In this document: positions 1-9,843 of the stretch, piece after piece
How the letters are laid out: every line of letters begins with the position of its first letter
Numbering within the stretch: position 1 is the stretch's first letter
NCBI GenBank assembly: GCA_016872195.1
Contig: VHAT01000010.1
Span: 90 to 64,089, forward strand
Reading direction: 5' to 3'
DNA: 64,000 nucleotides
Source of the DNA: Sphingomonadales bacterium
Lineage (GTDB): Bacteria > Bacteroidota > Bacteroidia > Chitinophagales > Chitinophagaceae
Made by a program: the position numbers and the translations under genes
The notes under the pieces: model-generated
The model's input: the letters and a program-made list of their open reading frames with translations, nothing else
Databases searched by the model: none
Told to the model about the DNA's origin: nothing

Positions 1-2
1 AT

Positions 3-644
3 TATCGCGGCAGCGGACATTTTAGTGGAAGACTCACCTTGCCATTGGTGGCGGCCGGTGTGGTGGCTAAGAAATTGCTGGGCTCCATTACTATCCAAGC
101 AACGCTTACCGAGGTGGGTGGCGAAACCGATATTGAAAGAGGGATCGAGCGGGCCCTTGCTCAGCACGACAGTGTGGGGGGGATCGTGGAATGTCGTGTA
201 AACGGATTGCCCATTGGGCTGGGAGAGCCTTTTTTTGACGCCACCGAATCGTTATTGGCCCATGCGGTCTTTGCCGTCCCGGCTATTCGAGGTATAGAAT
301 TTGGAACTGGTTTTGCCGCGGCAAAACTATTTGGTAGTCAGCATAACGATGCCATTGAAGATAGTCAGGGTGCCACTCGCACCAACCATGCGGGTGGAGT
401 GGTCGGCGGACTCACCAACGGAAATGAACTGGTTTTCAGGGTGGCCGTAAAGCCCACCTCATCTACTCCTAAGGAGCAGCGCAGTCTCAATACCGAAAGC
501 GGCCAGCAAGAATCCTTTACCATTCAGGGGCGACATGATCTTTGTATCGCCCTTCGTGTACCAGTGGTGATCGAAGCGGTAACAGCGATCGTTTTGGCCG
601 ATCTGATGTTGCGTGAACAAAAACTCGGCCGGGTTCTTCGATAG
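3..644 (+). CDS. aroC: Chorismate synthase, C-terminal part (5' end lies outside the window)
   Basis: The frame is open from base 3 (YRGSGHFSGRLTLPLVAAG). It contains DSVGGIVEC, PAIRGIEFG, NHAGGVVGGLTNG and GRHDLCIALR, all chorismate synthase signatures. Confidence 0.93.
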   Translation, partial: YRGSGHFSGRLTLPLVAAGVVAKKLLGSITIQATLTEVGGETDIERGIERALAQHDSVGGIVECRVNGLPIGLGEPFFDATESLLAHAVFAVPAIRGIEFGTGFAAAKLFGSQHNDAIEDSQGATRTNHAGGVVGGLTNGNELVFRVAVKPTSSTPKEQRSLNTESGQQESFTIQGRHDLCIALRVPVVIEAVTAIVLADLMLREQKLGRVLR

Positions 645-650
645 GGGGAC

Positions 651-1421
651 TTATTTCAATTTTTTAAAGGAGATGTTTAGTAGCGGATAACCAGCCCCAT
701 TGGGTAGGGCATAGTGCCACCATTCCGTTTCGAGTGGCACAAAGCCTGCTTGGATCATCTCGTTACGCAGGAGATCTCTATTTTTTAGTATGGGTTTATC
801 AAGCTTGGTAAACGTATGATGAGCGCTGTCGGTAAAATTATCGAAGTCCGTACCCATGTCTATTTCTTTACCCGTTCGCAGGTCAATAAGGGTCAGGTCT
901 ACTGCAATTCCTCTGTTATGTCCGCTTCCTTTTGCCGGATGGGCCACATATCGATCATCGCCGATCAATTGCCAGAATCGTTCGGTAATATGGTAGGGAC
1001 GATAGGCGTCGAAGATCTTTAGACCCAGCCCTCGTGGCTGCAATGCTGCAGCCACTCTTGCCAGTGCTAGCGCGGCCGGTCTTCTTAAATAGCAAGCCGA
1101 GAGCGAGACAGGGTAGAGGGCTTGTCCGGTAAAATTATGGGTAGACGCATAGCGCAAATCATACACTATGGCGGGTATCAGTAAACGGAGTTCTATCAAC
1201 TGTTGATCGGGATCGGTACGAATAAGGTCTCTGTAGGCCTGCATTTTTTCAATAACCGGCGGTTTGGTATAGGCAGGTTGCCCTGGCAGGCCATTGGGTA
1301 ACATACACCCTGCAAGTAGGAGTCCTCCCCAACAAAATCTTGTCCGCAACCTGTCGAAAACGACTTCTAAGAGGATGCTTAAACGATAAACGGAACGATC
1401 CTTGTATATCTTCTTATCCAT
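651..1421 (-). CDS. Zn-dependent D-Ala-D-Ala dipeptidase (peptidase M15D, VanX/DdpX family), probably exported
   Basis: Motifs DLRYASTHNF, IFDAYRP, SGHNRGIAVD and EWWHY. The true start may be TTG at 1349 (MRTRFCWGGLLLAGC..., signal-like). Confidence 0.88.
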   Translation of the reverse strand: MDKKIYKDRSVYRLSILLEVVFDRLRTRFCWGGLLLAGCMLPNGLPGQPAYTKPPVIEKMQAYRDLIRTDPDQQLIELRLLIPAIVYDLRYASTHNFTGQALYPVSLSACYLRRPAALALARVAAALQPRGLGLKIFDAYRPYHITERFWQLIGDDRYVAHPAKGSGHNRGIAVDLTLIDLRTGKEIDMGTDFDNFTDSAHHTFTKLDKPILKNRDLLRNEMIQAGFVPLETEWWHYALPNGAGYPLLNISFKKLK

Positions 1422-1551
1422 AGTTTGAAAGATAAGGCCTTCTTTTCTTTTGCTAAAGGCCGGGTGGCCCGGATACCCCCTTGGATTTTTTATTTTACGA
1501 TATTGAACTTACCCGTTATTTTTGCTTGGAATAAACCCAAACTATCTCTCT

Positions 1552-2139
1552 ATGAAGAAGTTCCTTCTCCTGATCGTAGCTGGATGTCTGCTGGTATCGG
1601 CCGTACAGGCTCAGAGCAGCAATTCATTGGCTAAATCCATTGGTTTTAGCTTTTTTATGAATGATTTTACCTCTGCCCAACGCATTCGCTCCACTTCGCT
1701 CAACCAGGTAATAAACGATAAGACCTTTGCCCGTATGGCAGAGATGAATGCTGGCTTTGCGGTAAATTATTCTAAGCAGATGCGTGACCGCATGTCGTTC
1801 TCCGCAGCGTTAGGTGTATCGGGTCTTCGCTATCCTATGCCCGGTCGTAACATCACCAAGAACGGTACCCTGCTGGAGTTTAGCGCCACGATCAATGCCA
1901 TGATGACTACCTCCGATTACTATGTACAGCCCTACTTGGTGCTGGGGGTGGGCGCACATAAATTTGACGTTCACTATGGTGCCTTTATTCCCGCCGGAGT
2001 GGGGCTTAAGCTGAATGTTTTGGGAGACGCCAGTGTGGTGGTAAGTTCTACTTATCGCGTGCCGGTAACGACTGAAACCGCCAATTATCATTTTCAGCAC
2101 TCCATCGGTATCGCCGCTCCGTTGGGTAAGAAAAACTAA
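1552..2139 (+). CDS. Outer-membrane beta-barrel protein (resembles the N-terminal barrel of OmpA-family proteins, no peptidoglycan-binding domain)
   Basis: Signal peptide [20 protein letters not shown]|Q and alternating amphipathic strands ([25 protein letters not shown]). TATTTTTG promoter at 1517-1524. Confidence 0.65.
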   Translation: MKKFLLLIVAGCLLVSAVQAQSSNSLAKSIGFSFFMNDFTSAQRIRSTSLNQVINDKTFARMAEMNAGFAVNYSKQMRDRMSFSAALGVSGLRYPMPGRNITKNGTLLEFSATINAMMTTSDYYVQPYLVLGVGAHKFDVHYGAFIPAGVGLKLNVLGDASVVVSSTYRVPVTTETANYHFQHSIGIAAPLGKKN

Positions 2140-2171
2140 TACGTTGGGTCAGATTTGACCTTCCTCTTAGC

Positions 2172-2197
2172 AACCCCGCCAAGGCGGGGTTTTTTTA
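2172..2197 (+). terminator. Intrinsic terminator after the barrel gene
   Basis: AACCCCGCC-AA-GGCGGGGTT followed by a T-run. Confidence 0.85.
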
Positions 2198-2209
2198 TGC
2201 ATTTTCCCC

Positions 2210-2217
2210 TACCTTTG
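2210..2217 (+). promoter_or_regulatory. Bacteroidota sigmaA -7 element for fusA
   Basis: TACCTTTG matches TAnnTTTG, 26 nt before the fusA ATG and just after a terminator. Confidence 0.7.
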
Positions 2218-2243
2218 CGGCCTTAAAATCATATTCTACGACC

Positions 2244-4388
2244 ATGGCAGACTTAAAGTATCAACGTAATTTCGGGATTGCCGCTCATATTGATGCCGGT
2301 AAGACCACCACAACGGAGCGTATCCTCCGTTATACCGGTATGATCCATCGTATCGGAGAGGTTCATGAAGGAGCCGCTACGACCGACTGGATGGAACAGG
2401 AAAAGGAAAGAGGTATTACCATTACCTCTGCTGCCGTGAGTTGTAAGTGGAATTTTCCTACCGACAAGGGACAGAATACGGCCGATACCAAGCCATACTT
2501 TTTCAATATTATCGATACGCCCGGTCACGTGGACTTTACCGTAGAGGTAGAGCGTTCTATGCGTGTTCTTGACGGACTGATCGCCCTTTTCTCTGCTGTG
2601 GATGGGGTAGAGCCACAGTCCGAGACGGTATGGCGTCAGGCGAATCGCTACGGAGTACCCCGTATCGGATTTGTCAATAAAATGGACAGAGCCGGTGCCG
2701 ACTTTTTGAATGTGGTCAAGCAGGTTAAAGAGATGCTCGGCTCAAAGGCCGTGCCTTTGCAACTACCTATAGGAGCCGAAGATAATTTCAAAGGGGTAGT
2801 GGACCTGATCAAGATGAAAGGGATCATCTGGCACGCTGAGACTGAGGGTATGACCTTTGATGAGATCGATGTGCCTGCTGATATGATCGAAGAAGCGCAG
2901 CAATGGAGAGCTTCATTGGTAGAGGCCGTAGCAGAATATGATGATACCCTGATGGAAAAATTCTTCGAAGATCCTAATAGCATTTCTGAGGGCGAGATTC
3001 ACGAAGCCATTCGCAAGGCCACAATCGATCTTTCGATCGTGCCCATGATGTGTGGTTCTTCTTTTAAAAATAAAGGAGTACAAACGGCACTCGATGCAGT
3101 TTGCCGCTACTTGCCTTCTCCTATTGATATTCCGGATACAAAGGGTACAGATCCTGATACTGGAGAAGAGCTGACGCGTAAGGCCGATCCAAAGGAACCC
3201 TTTGCAGCACTGGCCTTTAAGATCATGACCGATCCGTTCGTAGGTCGTCTGGCCTTTTTCCGGACCTATTCTGGACGTCTCGATGCCGGTTCGTATGTAC
3301 TCAACGTTCGCAGCGGTAAAAAAGAGCGTATTAGCCGTATCATGAAGATGTTCGCTAACAAGCAAAATCCAATTGATTTTATCGAAGCGGGAGATATTGG
3401 TGCCGCCGTCGGATTCAAAGAGATCAAGACCGGAGATACACTCTGCGACGAGAATCATCCTATTACCTTAGAGAACATGTTTATCCCCGAGCCGGTGATC
3501 GCCGTGGCTGTAGAGCCCAAGACACAGGCCGACGTAGATAAGATGGGTATGGCCATCGCTAAATTGGTCGAAGAAGATCCCACCTTGCGTGTGAACACCG
3601 ATGAGGAGACCGGTCAGACCATTTTGAGAGGAATGGGAGAGCTTCATCTCGAAATCATCGTAGACCGTATGCGTCGCGAGTTCAAAGTAGAAGTTAATCA
3701 AGGCGCACCCCAGGTGGCCTACAAAGAGGCATTCGTTCAAACTGTCGAGCATCGTGAAACGCTCAAGAAGCAGACCGGTGGTCGCGGTAAATTCGCCGAT
3801 ATCGTATTTAATTTAGGTCCTGTTGATGACGAGTGGCAAAAGGAAAATCCAGATAAGCGTTATCAGTTCGTCAACGATCTGTTCGGAGGATCCATTCCCC
3901 GTGAATTCGTTCCTGCCATCCAAAAAGGTTTCGAGCAGGCCATGACTACCGGGGTATTGGCTAACTATCCAGTCGCCAACTTGAAGATCCGTGTGTTTGA
4001 CGGAAGTTTCCACGCAGTTGACTCGGATTCTATGTCCTTTGAACTTTGTGCTAAGCAAGGCTTCCGCGAGGCAGCCCGCAAAGCCAAGCCCGTATTATTG
4101 GAGCCGATCATGAAAGTCGAGGTAGTTACACCCGATCAATACATGGGAGATGTAACCGGAGACTTGAACCGCCGTCGCGGTATGATGGAGGGAATGGACA
4201 GCCGTGGTGGTGCCCAAGTAATCAAAGCCAAAGTGCCATTGAGCGAAATGTTCGGGTATGTTACACAACTTCGCTCGTTGAGCTCTGGTCGTGCATCCTC
4301 TACTATGGAATTTTCTCATTACGCTCCTGCCCCTAACAACATTGCAGAAGAGGTGATCGCTAAGGTCAAGGGCAAAGTGAATGCATAG
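2244..4388 (+). CDS. fusA: Elongation factor G
   Basis: [53 protein letters not shown] and C-terminal LRSLSSGRA. Confidence 0.99.
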   Translation: MADLKYQRNFGIAAHIDAGKTTTTERILRYTGMIHRIGEVHEGAATTDWMEQEKERGITITSAAVSCKWNFPTDKGQNTADTKPYFFNIIDTPGHVDFTVEVERSMRVLDGLIALFSAVDGVEPQSETVWRQANRYGVPRIGFVNKMDRAGADFLNVVKQVKEMLGSKAVPLQLPIGAEDNFKGVVDLIKMKGIIWHAETEGMTFDEIDVPADMIEEAQQWRASLVEAVAEYDDTLMEKFFEDPNSISEGEIHEAIRKATIDLSIVPMMCGSSFKNKGVQTALDAVCRYLPSPIDIPDTKGTDPDTGEELTRKADPKEPFAALAFKIMTDPFVGRLAFFRTYSGRLDAGSYVLNVRSGKKERISRIMKMFANKQNPIDFIEAGDIGAAVGFKEIKTGDTLCDENHPITLENMFIPEPVIAVAVEPKTQADVDKMGMAIAKLVEEDPTLRVNTDEETGQTILRGMGELHLEIIVDRMRREFKVEVNQGAPQVAYKEAFVQTVEHRETLKKQTGGRGKFADIVFNLGPVDDEWQKENPDKRYQFVNDLFGGSIPREFVPAIQKGFEQAMTTGVLANYPVANLKIRVFDGSFHAVDSDSMSFELCAKQGFREAARKAKPVLLEPIMKVEVVTPDQYMGDVTGDLNRRRGMMEGMDSRGGAQVIKAKVPLSEMFGYVTQLRSLSSGRASSTMEFSHYAPAPNNIAEEVIAKVKGKVNA

Positions 4389-4410
4389 ACTTTCGTTGTG
4401 CAAAATAGTG

Positions 4411-4439
4411 AGACCGCTCTTTTGGGCGGTCTTTTTTTG
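4411..4439 (+). terminator. Intrinsic terminator after fusA
   Basis: AGACCGCTC-TTTT-GGGCGGTCT followed by T7. Confidence 0.85.
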
Positions 4440-4451
4440 TGCTCGCTACAC

Positions 4452-4584
4452 TGAACAACAGGGCGGGCTCATGGGTGCCCTTGTTCAAGGTCTTCGCTTA
4501 CCCATGAGCCCGTCATTGTAGACGTGGGGTAGATCAACGGTGGAAACGTACGTTAGATCTACTATGCAATTCTTAGGGAAGACC
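4452..4584. ncRNA. Candidate structured RNA or DNA element of unknown family (interlocking inverted repeats plus a GGAA-capped hairpin)
   Basis: Perfect 13-bp inverted repeat 4464-4476/4500-4512. Also 11 bp with a bulge 4452-4464/4477-4487, 9 of 10 bp 4489-4498/4575-4584, and hairpin 4529-4562 with a GGAA tetraloop. Strand and identity are unknown. Confidence 0.45.
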
Positions 4585-4759
4585 ACCCGCGCCTTTGACC
4601 ATAGAGAATTGGGGGAGGGGTAGCATACGATAAATTTATATTTATATGAATATCAGCACTTTGCAAAAAATTGGTTTTTGTTTGGGCGATCGTTTAAAGT
4701 TCTCTGGCGGGGCCCCGAAAAATAGCCACTAACTATTTGGTAGATACGGACTTCTCCCT

Positions 4760-4767
4760 TACCTTTG
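4760..4767 (+). promoter_or_regulatory. sigmaA promoter of the S10 operon (-7 TACCTTTG; -33 TTTG at 4736-4739)
   Basis: Both Bacteroidota elements are present with 20-nt spacing, 29 nt before the rpsJ ATG. Confidence 0.75.
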
Positions 4768-4796
4768 CATCCCCTAAAGAAAATGGGAATTATTTC

Positions 4797-5102
4797 ATGT
4801 CGCAGCGAATCAGAATAAAATTGCAGTCTTACGATCACAATTTGGTAGATAAATCTGCCGATAAGATCGTAAAAACGGTGCGTGGCACCGGAGCCGTGGT
4901 AACAGGACCTATTCCGTTGCCTACCCGTCGCAAGATCTTTACCGTACTGCGTTCGCCGCACGTCAATAAAAAGAGTCGTGAGCAGTTTCAACTGGCTACT
5001 CATAAGCGTCTGTTAGATATTTACACCTCTACCAGTCGTACTGTGGATGCACTGAGCAAACTCGATTTGCCCAGTGGTGTGGAAGTAGAGATCAAAGCCT
5101 AG
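4797..5102 (+). CDS. rpsJ: 30S ribosomal protein S10
   Basis: [14 protein letters not shown]...GPIPLPT...[12 protein letters not shown]. Start is ATG 4797, not the 4737 in the ORF track. Confidence 0.99.
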   Translation: MSQRIRIKLQSYDHNLVDKSADKIVKTVRGTGAVVTGPIPLPTRRKIFTVLRSPHVNKKSREQFQLATHKRLLDIYTSTSRTVDALSKLDLPSGVEVEIKA

Positions 5103-5288
5103 GGCTTGATCAAGCTGGTGTAATTGATCTTCGGAACAGTTTCATCGGTCGCGTAACGGGAGGTCGCATCTTCTCAGCTCTTATAAAAAACTTGAAATAG
5201 AAAATTGGCCATCTCTCAATTGGTGTCGCATTGCATCATCAAAAAAAGAGCGCTGGCTTTTTAACATAAAACAAGCCATTCAGGGTTT

Positions 5289-5374
5289 GTTTACTGCCGG
5301 TACTTCCCCAGAAAGGAAAAGGTCGGTGGCAAACGGGGATTGAAGTTCGGACCTCACCGGGTTCGAATTGTCCC
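5289..5374 (+). promoter_or_regulatory. Candidate ribosomal-protein leader (tandem hairpins) upstream of rplC
   Basis: Two imperfect stem-loops (5289-5334 and 5336-5374) ending about 30 nt before the rplC ATG, inside a 302-nt spacer. Confidence 0.35.
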
Positions 5375-5404
5375 AATAACCTTGCAGGCACTAAACCTAC
5401 GATC

Positions 5405-6022
5405 ATGAAAGGTATTATTGGGAAAAAGGTCGGAATGACCAGCATCTTCGATCCCACCGGAAAACAAACCGCCTGCACTATTATTGAAGCAGGTCCCTGT
5501 GTCGTTACTCAGGTCAAAACCCAAGAGACTGACGGATACAGTGCCTTACAACTTTCTTTCGGCGACAAAAAAGAAAAGAATTCTTCCAGCGCCGCCATCA
5601 ATCACTTTTCCAAAGCGCAAACTTCTCCCAAACGTTTCTCTAAGGAGTTTCGCGATTTTTCCCTTGCCAAGAATATCGGCGAGACCGTTACCGTAGACAT
5701 TTTCTCCGAGGGGGAGACCATTGAAGTGGTCGGAACCACCAAGGGAAAGGGTTTTCAGGGTGTGGTCAAGCGTCATGGATTTAGCGGGGTGGGTCAGCAA
5801 TCGCATGGTCAACACGATCGTCAGCGTGCTCCCGGATCGTTGGGTAACTCCTCCGATGCCAGCCGCGTTATGAAGGGAATGCGCATGGCCGGTCGCATGG
5901 GTAATGATCGCGTAAAGATGAAAGGGCTGAAGGTGGTCAAGATCTTCGCTGATAAAAACTACATCCTGGTGAGCGGATCGGTTCCCGGCCACAACGGTTC
6001 AATCGTCCTCATCCAAAAATAA
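5405..6022 (+). CDS. rplC: 50S ribosomal protein L3
   Basis: [29 protein letters not shown]. Confidence 0.99.
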   Translation: MKGIIGKKVGMTSIFDPTGKQTACTIIEAGPCVVTQVKTQETDGYSALQLSFGDKKEKNSSSAAINHFSKAQTSPKRFSKEFRDFSLAKNIGETVTVDIFSEGETIEVVGTTKGKGFQGVVKRHGFSGVGQQSHGQHDRQRAPGSLGNSSDASRVMKGMRMAGRMGNDRVKMKGLKVVKIFADKNYILVSGSVPGHNGSIVLIQK

Positions 6023-6057
6023 GTTCGGGTCTTTGCACTCCATAAACTGATACGAAA

Positions 6058-6693
6058 ATGAAAATCGAAGTTTTAAATACAAAAGGAAGCGCTACCGGTC
6101 GCTCGGTGGAATTGCCAGAGGAGATCTTTGGTGCTGCTCCTAATAACCACGTCATTTATCTGGCCGTTAAGCAATATCTCGCTGCACAGCGCCAGGGAAC
6201 ACACAAGGTAAAGACCCGTGCGGAAGTAAAGGGAGCCAGCCGTAAGCTGCACAAGCAAAAAGGAACCGGTGGAAGCCGTAAGGGTAATATCCGCAACCCT
6301 TTATACAAAGGGGGTGGTACCATATTTGGCCCTAAGCCTCACAGCTACGATATTAAGTTGAATCGTAAAGTAAAAGATCTTGCAAAGATCTCTGCCCTCA
6401 GCTACAAAGCCCAGGAAAAAGCCATTCTGATCGTAGAGGATATCACCATGGAAGCGCCCAAGACAAAGCAGTTCATGGAAATCTTAGGGAACCTGAAAGT
6501 AGCCGATAAAAAGACGCTTTTCGTTTCTCCTGAGTATAACGACAATGTGGAGCGTTCACTTCGTAATGTACCCTCCGTACTGGGGGCCTTATTGAGTGAT
6601 ATCAACACCTACGATATCGTCAATTCTGAAGTATTGGTCATGACCGAGAGTGCAGCCAAGATCTTTGCAGAGGACGAAGCGGCCGAAGCGTAA
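6058..6693 (+). CDS. rplD: 50S ribosomal protein L4
   Basis: RQGTHKVKTRAEV, KQKGTGGSRKG, GGGTIFGPKP. Confidence 0.99.
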   Translation: MKIEVLNTKGSATGRSVELPEEIFGAAPNNHVIYLAVKQYLAAQRQGTHKVKTRAEVKGASRKLHKQKGTGGSRKGNIRNPLYKGGGTIFGPKPHSYDIKLNRKVKDLAKISALSYKAQEKAILIVEDITMEAPKTKQFMEILGNLKVADKKTLFVSPEYNDNVERSLRNVPSVLGALLSDINTYDIVNSEVLVMTESAAKIFAEDEAAEA

Positions 6694-6715
6694 TTAACAG
6701 CATAAATTATCATCC

Positions 6716-7015
6716 ATGAAACTTTCTGAAATACTGATCAAACCCATCCTGACCGAAAAGGCCAACGCCCAGCAAGAAAAATTGCGTCGTTATGCTTTTA
6801 AGGTGGCTCGCAAGGCTAATAAGCTCGAGATCAAAAAAGCGGTCGAGAGTTTTTACGGGGTAACGGTAACCAATGTCAATACATCGGTAGTGCCCGGTAA
6901 GCACAAGAGCCGTTTCACTAAAAGCGGAGTCGTATCTGGTCGCAAGCCTGCTTATAAAAAAGCTTTTGTAACCGTTGCAGAAGGGGAGAACATCGATCTG
7001 TACGCAACCATCTAA
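6716..7015 (+). CDS. rplW: 50S ribosomal protein L23
   Basis: PILTEKA, ANKLEIKKAVE, YKKAFVT; expected operon position. Confidence 0.98.
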   Translation: MKLSEILIKPILTEKANAQQEKLRRYAFKVARKANKLEIKKAVESFYGVTVTNVNTSVVPGKHKSRFTKSGVVSGRKPAYKKAFVTVAEGENIDLYATI

Positions 7016-7067
7016 TTAAAAAACGAATGGCTTCAACAGCCGCAAATGTTGAAAAAATAAAAGAAGT

Positions 7068-7904
7068 ATGGCACTAAGAAAATTCAAACCGATCACGGCA
7101 GGAACGCGCTGGAGAATCGGTAATTCGTACGCTGAGGTGACTACCAATGTACCTGAGAGGAGTCTGATCGAAGCCAAGCCCCGTACCGGTGGTCGTAACT
7201 CATCTGGACATCTTTCTATGCGTTATCGTGGCGGTGGACATAAGAAGAAGTACCGTATCATCGATTTCAAGCGCAACAAGACGGGTATCGCCACAGTAGA
7301 ATCTATTCAGTACGATCCCAACCGTACGGCTTTTATTGCACTGTTGGTCTATGCCGATGGTGAAAAGCGTTACATTATTGCTCCCCAGGGTTTGGAAGTG
7401 GGTGCCAAGGTAGAAAGTGGTCCTGATGTAGCCCCTGAAGTGGGTAATGCCCTTCCGATGCGTAACATGCCCCTTGGTACCAACGTGCACAATATCGAAA
7501 TGCAGCCTGGTCAAGGAGGTAAGTTGGCTCGTAGCGCCGGTTCTTCTGCTCAGCTCTCTAACAAAGAAGATCGTTATGCGGTGTTGAAAATGCCCAGTGG
7601 TGAGTTGCGTAAGGTGCTTATCGATTGTTACGCTACCGTTGGCGTTGTGAGCAATAGCGACCACAGTTTGCAAAGTATGGGTAAGGCCGGTCGTAACCGC
7701 TGGGAAGGAATTCGCCCTCGCAACCGTGGGGTAGCGATGAACCCAGTCGATCACCCCATGGGTGGTGGTGAGGGTAAGGCCTCCGGAGGTCAGCCTCGTT
7801 CTAGAAATGGCCAATACTCACGTGGTCTGAAGACGCGTACCGTTGGAAAGTCCAGCGACAAGCTCATCATTCAACGTAAGAACGGTAAGAAATTGTCAAA
7901 ATAA
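7068..7904 (+). CDS. rplB: 50S ribosomal protein L2
   Basis: [39 protein letters not shown]. Confidence 0.99.
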   Translation: MALRKFKPITAGTRWRIGNSYAEVTTNVPERSLIEAKPRTGGRNSSGHLSMRYRGGGHKKKYRIIDFKRNKTGIATVESIQYDPNRTAFIALLVYADGEKRYIIAPQGLEVGAKVESGPDVAPEVGNALPMRNMPLGTNVHNIEMQPGQGGKLARSAGSSAQLSNKEDRYAVLKMPSGELRKVLIDCYATVGVVSNSDHSLQSMGKAGRNRWEGIRPRNRGVAMNPVDHPMGGGEGKASGGQPRSRNGQYSRGLKTRTVGKSSDKLIIQRKNGKKLSK

Positions 7905-7931
7905 TTTTTCTAAAACACAACGACAAACTAT

Positions 7932-8201
7932 ATGGCTCGTTCGATCAAAAAAGGACCCTATATCGCTACCCACCTCGAAAATAAAGTGGTAGCCATGAAT
8001 GATGGCAAGACCAAGAAAGGTGTTATCAAGACCTGGAGTCGTCGCTCTACCATCAGTCCTGATTTTGTGGGACACACTTTTGCCGTACACAATGGCAACA
8101 AGTTTATCCCGGTTTATGTTACTGAATTTATGGTGGGTCACAAGTTGGGCGAGTTCGCTCCCACCCGTCAGTTCAAAGGCCACTCTAAAAAAGAATCGTA
8201 A
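7932..8201 (+). CDS. rpsS: 30S ribosomal protein S19
   Basis: [30 protein letters not shown]. Confidence 0.99.
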   Translation: MARSIKKGPYIATHLENKVVAMNDGKTKKGVIKTWSRRSTISPDFVGHTFAVHNGNKFIPVYVTEFMVGHKLGEFAPTRQFKGHSKKES

Positions 8202-8219
8202 TACCTGAAACTTATTATC

Positions 8220-8576
8220 ATGGAAGCAGTAGCTAAATTGAGAAACTATCCCACATCGCCGCGCAAGATGCGTCTCTTGGCCGATATGATCCGTGGTCAG
8301 AAGGTGGAGAAAGTGTTGGCGCAGCTGGAGTTCAATCCCAAGCATCCCGCCGTTCCCTTGCGTAAATTGGTCTTGAGTGCTATTAGCAACTGGAAGCAGA
8401 AGAACGAAGGGGGTGATGAAAGTGCCTTGATCATCAAGACCATTTTTGTGGATGGAGCCCGCAGTCTCAAGCGTATGCGTCCTGCCCCGCAAGGGCGTGG
8501 ATACCGCGTTCGCAAACGCAGTAATCACGTGACCGTGATCGTCGATACTAAAGAATCTAAATCATCAAACGAATAA
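8220..8576 (+). CDS. rplV: 50S ribosomal protein L22
   Basis: [32 protein letters not shown]. Confidence 0.99.
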   Translation: MEAVAKLRNYPTSPRKMRLLADMIRGQKVEKVLAQLEFNPKHPAVPLRKLVLSAISNWKQKNEGGDESALIIKTIFVDGARSLKRMRPAPQGRGYRVRKRSNHVTVIVDTKESKSSNE

Positions 8577-8588
8577 CCTACACCAAAC

Positions 8589-9365
8589 ATGGGTCAGAAA
8601 GCAAATCCGATTGGTAATCGTTTAGGCATCATCCGCGGATGGGAGTCTAACTGGTACGGCAACAGAAAAGATTTTGCCGGAAAGCTGATCGAAGATCACA
8701 AGATCAGAGGCTACCTTAATGCCCGTATCAACAAGGGCGGTATCTCTAAGATCGTCATTGAGCGTACACTGGGTAAACTCATAGTTACCATCCATACCTC
8801 AAAACCCGGTATCATCATTGGTAAGGGGGGTGGAGAAGTGGATCATATCAAAGAAGAGCTGAAGAAGCTTACCGGAAAGGAAGATGTGCAGATCAATATT
8901 CTGGAGATCCGTCGTCCTGAGTTGGATGCGATGATCGTCGGAGACAATATTGCCCGCCAAATCGAAAACCGTATCAATTTTAAGCGCGCTACCAAGCTGG
9001 CCATCGCCTCGGCCCTTCGCATGGGTGCAGAGGGGATCAAGATCAAACTCAGCGGTCGTTTGGCTGGTGCAGAGATCGCTCGTAGCGAAGAGTTCAAACA
9101 AGGCCGTGTGCCGCTGCATACGTTCCGCATGGACATCGATTATGCAAATGTATTTGCGCAAACCGTATACGGAAAGATCGGTATCAAGGTATGGATCTGT
9201 AAGGGTGAGGTACTGGCCAAGCGCGATCTGAATCCCAACTTTATCGGAGGTAAATCTGAGGTAGGTGAAAGAAGAGGTGGTCGCGAAGAAATCCGTGGTG
9301 ATCGTCGCGATGACAGAAGGGGAGGCGGAGATCGTGGTCGTGGTGGCAGAGAACGTCGTGGTTAA
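8589..9365 (+). CDS. rpsC: 30S ribosomal protein S3, with an Arg/Gly/Asp-rich C-terminal tail
   Basis: [37 protein letters not shown]. Confidence 0.99.
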   Translation: MGQKANPIGNRLGIIRGWESNWYGNRKDFAGKLIEDHKIRGYLNARINKGGISKIVIERTLGKLIVTIHTSKPGIIIGKGGGEVDHIKEELKKLTGKEDVQINILEIRRPELDAMIVGDNIARQIENRINFKRATKLAIASALRMGAEGIKIKLSGRLAGAEIARSEEFKQGRVPLHTFRMDIDYANVFAQTVYGKIGIKVWICKGEVLAKRDLNPNFIGGKSEVGERRGGREEIRGDRRDDRRGGGDRGRGGRERRG

Positions 9366-9401
9366 TAAGAAATTGATTAAAGAAACTTGAAATAGAATAG
9401 C

Positions 9402-9824
9402 ATGTTACAGCCAAAAAGAACCAAGCACAGAAAGATGCAAAAAGGGCGTATGAAGGGCGATGCCAAGCGTGGTGCTACCATTGCCTTTGGATCGTATGCT
9501 CTTAAGGCCCTCGATCAGCACTGGATCACCGATCGTCAGATCGAGGCCGCTCGTCAGGCATTGACCCGCGAAATGAAGCGTGAGGGAAATGTGTGGATCA
9601 GAATTTTCCCCGACAAGCCAATTACGCGCAAGCCTGCCGAGGTGAGAATGGGAAAGGGTAAGGGTAACCTGGAGTTCTGGGCGGCGGTGGTCAAACCCGG
9701 ACGTATCCTTTTTGAAGTGGATGGGGTAAGTGAACAAGTAGCCCGCGCTTCTTTATCGCTGGCGGCCGGTAAACTGCCTATCAAAACCAAATTCATTGTA
9801 CGCCGTGACTTGGTCACAGCCTAA
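9402..9824 (+). CDS. rplP: 50S ribosomal protein L16
   Basis: [26 protein letters not shown]. Confidence 0.99.
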   Translation: MLQPKRTKHRKMQKGRMKGDAKRGATIAFGSYALKALDQHWITDRQIEAARQALTREMKREGNVWIRIFPDKPITRKPAEVRMGKGKGNLEFWAAVVKPGRILFEVDGVSEQVARASLSLAAGKLPIKTKFIVRRDLVTA

Positions 9825-9843
9825 CCGATAAACGCTTATTACG

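Noticed and set aside
651-1421. Vancomycin-resistance locus
   Set aside because: Only a solitary VanX-family gene is present, with no vanH, vanA/B or vanRS. Such homologues are common housekeeping genes.
4471-4521. 16-codon ORF MGALVQGLRLPMSPSL in the structured element
   Set aside because: It has no A-rich initiation context or run of regulatory codons and is explained by the repeat sequence itself.
4462-4562. HDV-like, hammerhead or group II intron domain V reading of the fusA-rpsJ element
   Set aside because: An AAG-GTCTTCG-CTT mini-hairpin next to a long stem recalls HDV P3/P1. However, there is no GG for P1.1, no downstream P2 partner, no CUGAUGA core and no AGC/CGC triad in the domain V register.
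4364-4600. 10-bp complementarity between the fusA 3' end (4364-4373) and 4591-4600
   Set aside because: It includes a G.U pair and spans a terminator; matches of this length are expected by chance over a few hundred nt.
5357-5374. GGGTTCGAAT resembling a tRNA T-loop upstream of rplC
   Set aside because: The flanks do not form a T-stem and there is no D-arm or anticodon arm.
7896-8528. Long antisense ORFs over ribosomal genes (also 7200-7814, 10757-11302, 2913-3458, 20111-20578)
   Set aside because: These are shadows of strongly codon-biased sense genes. They have no motifs and no supporting promoter or start context.
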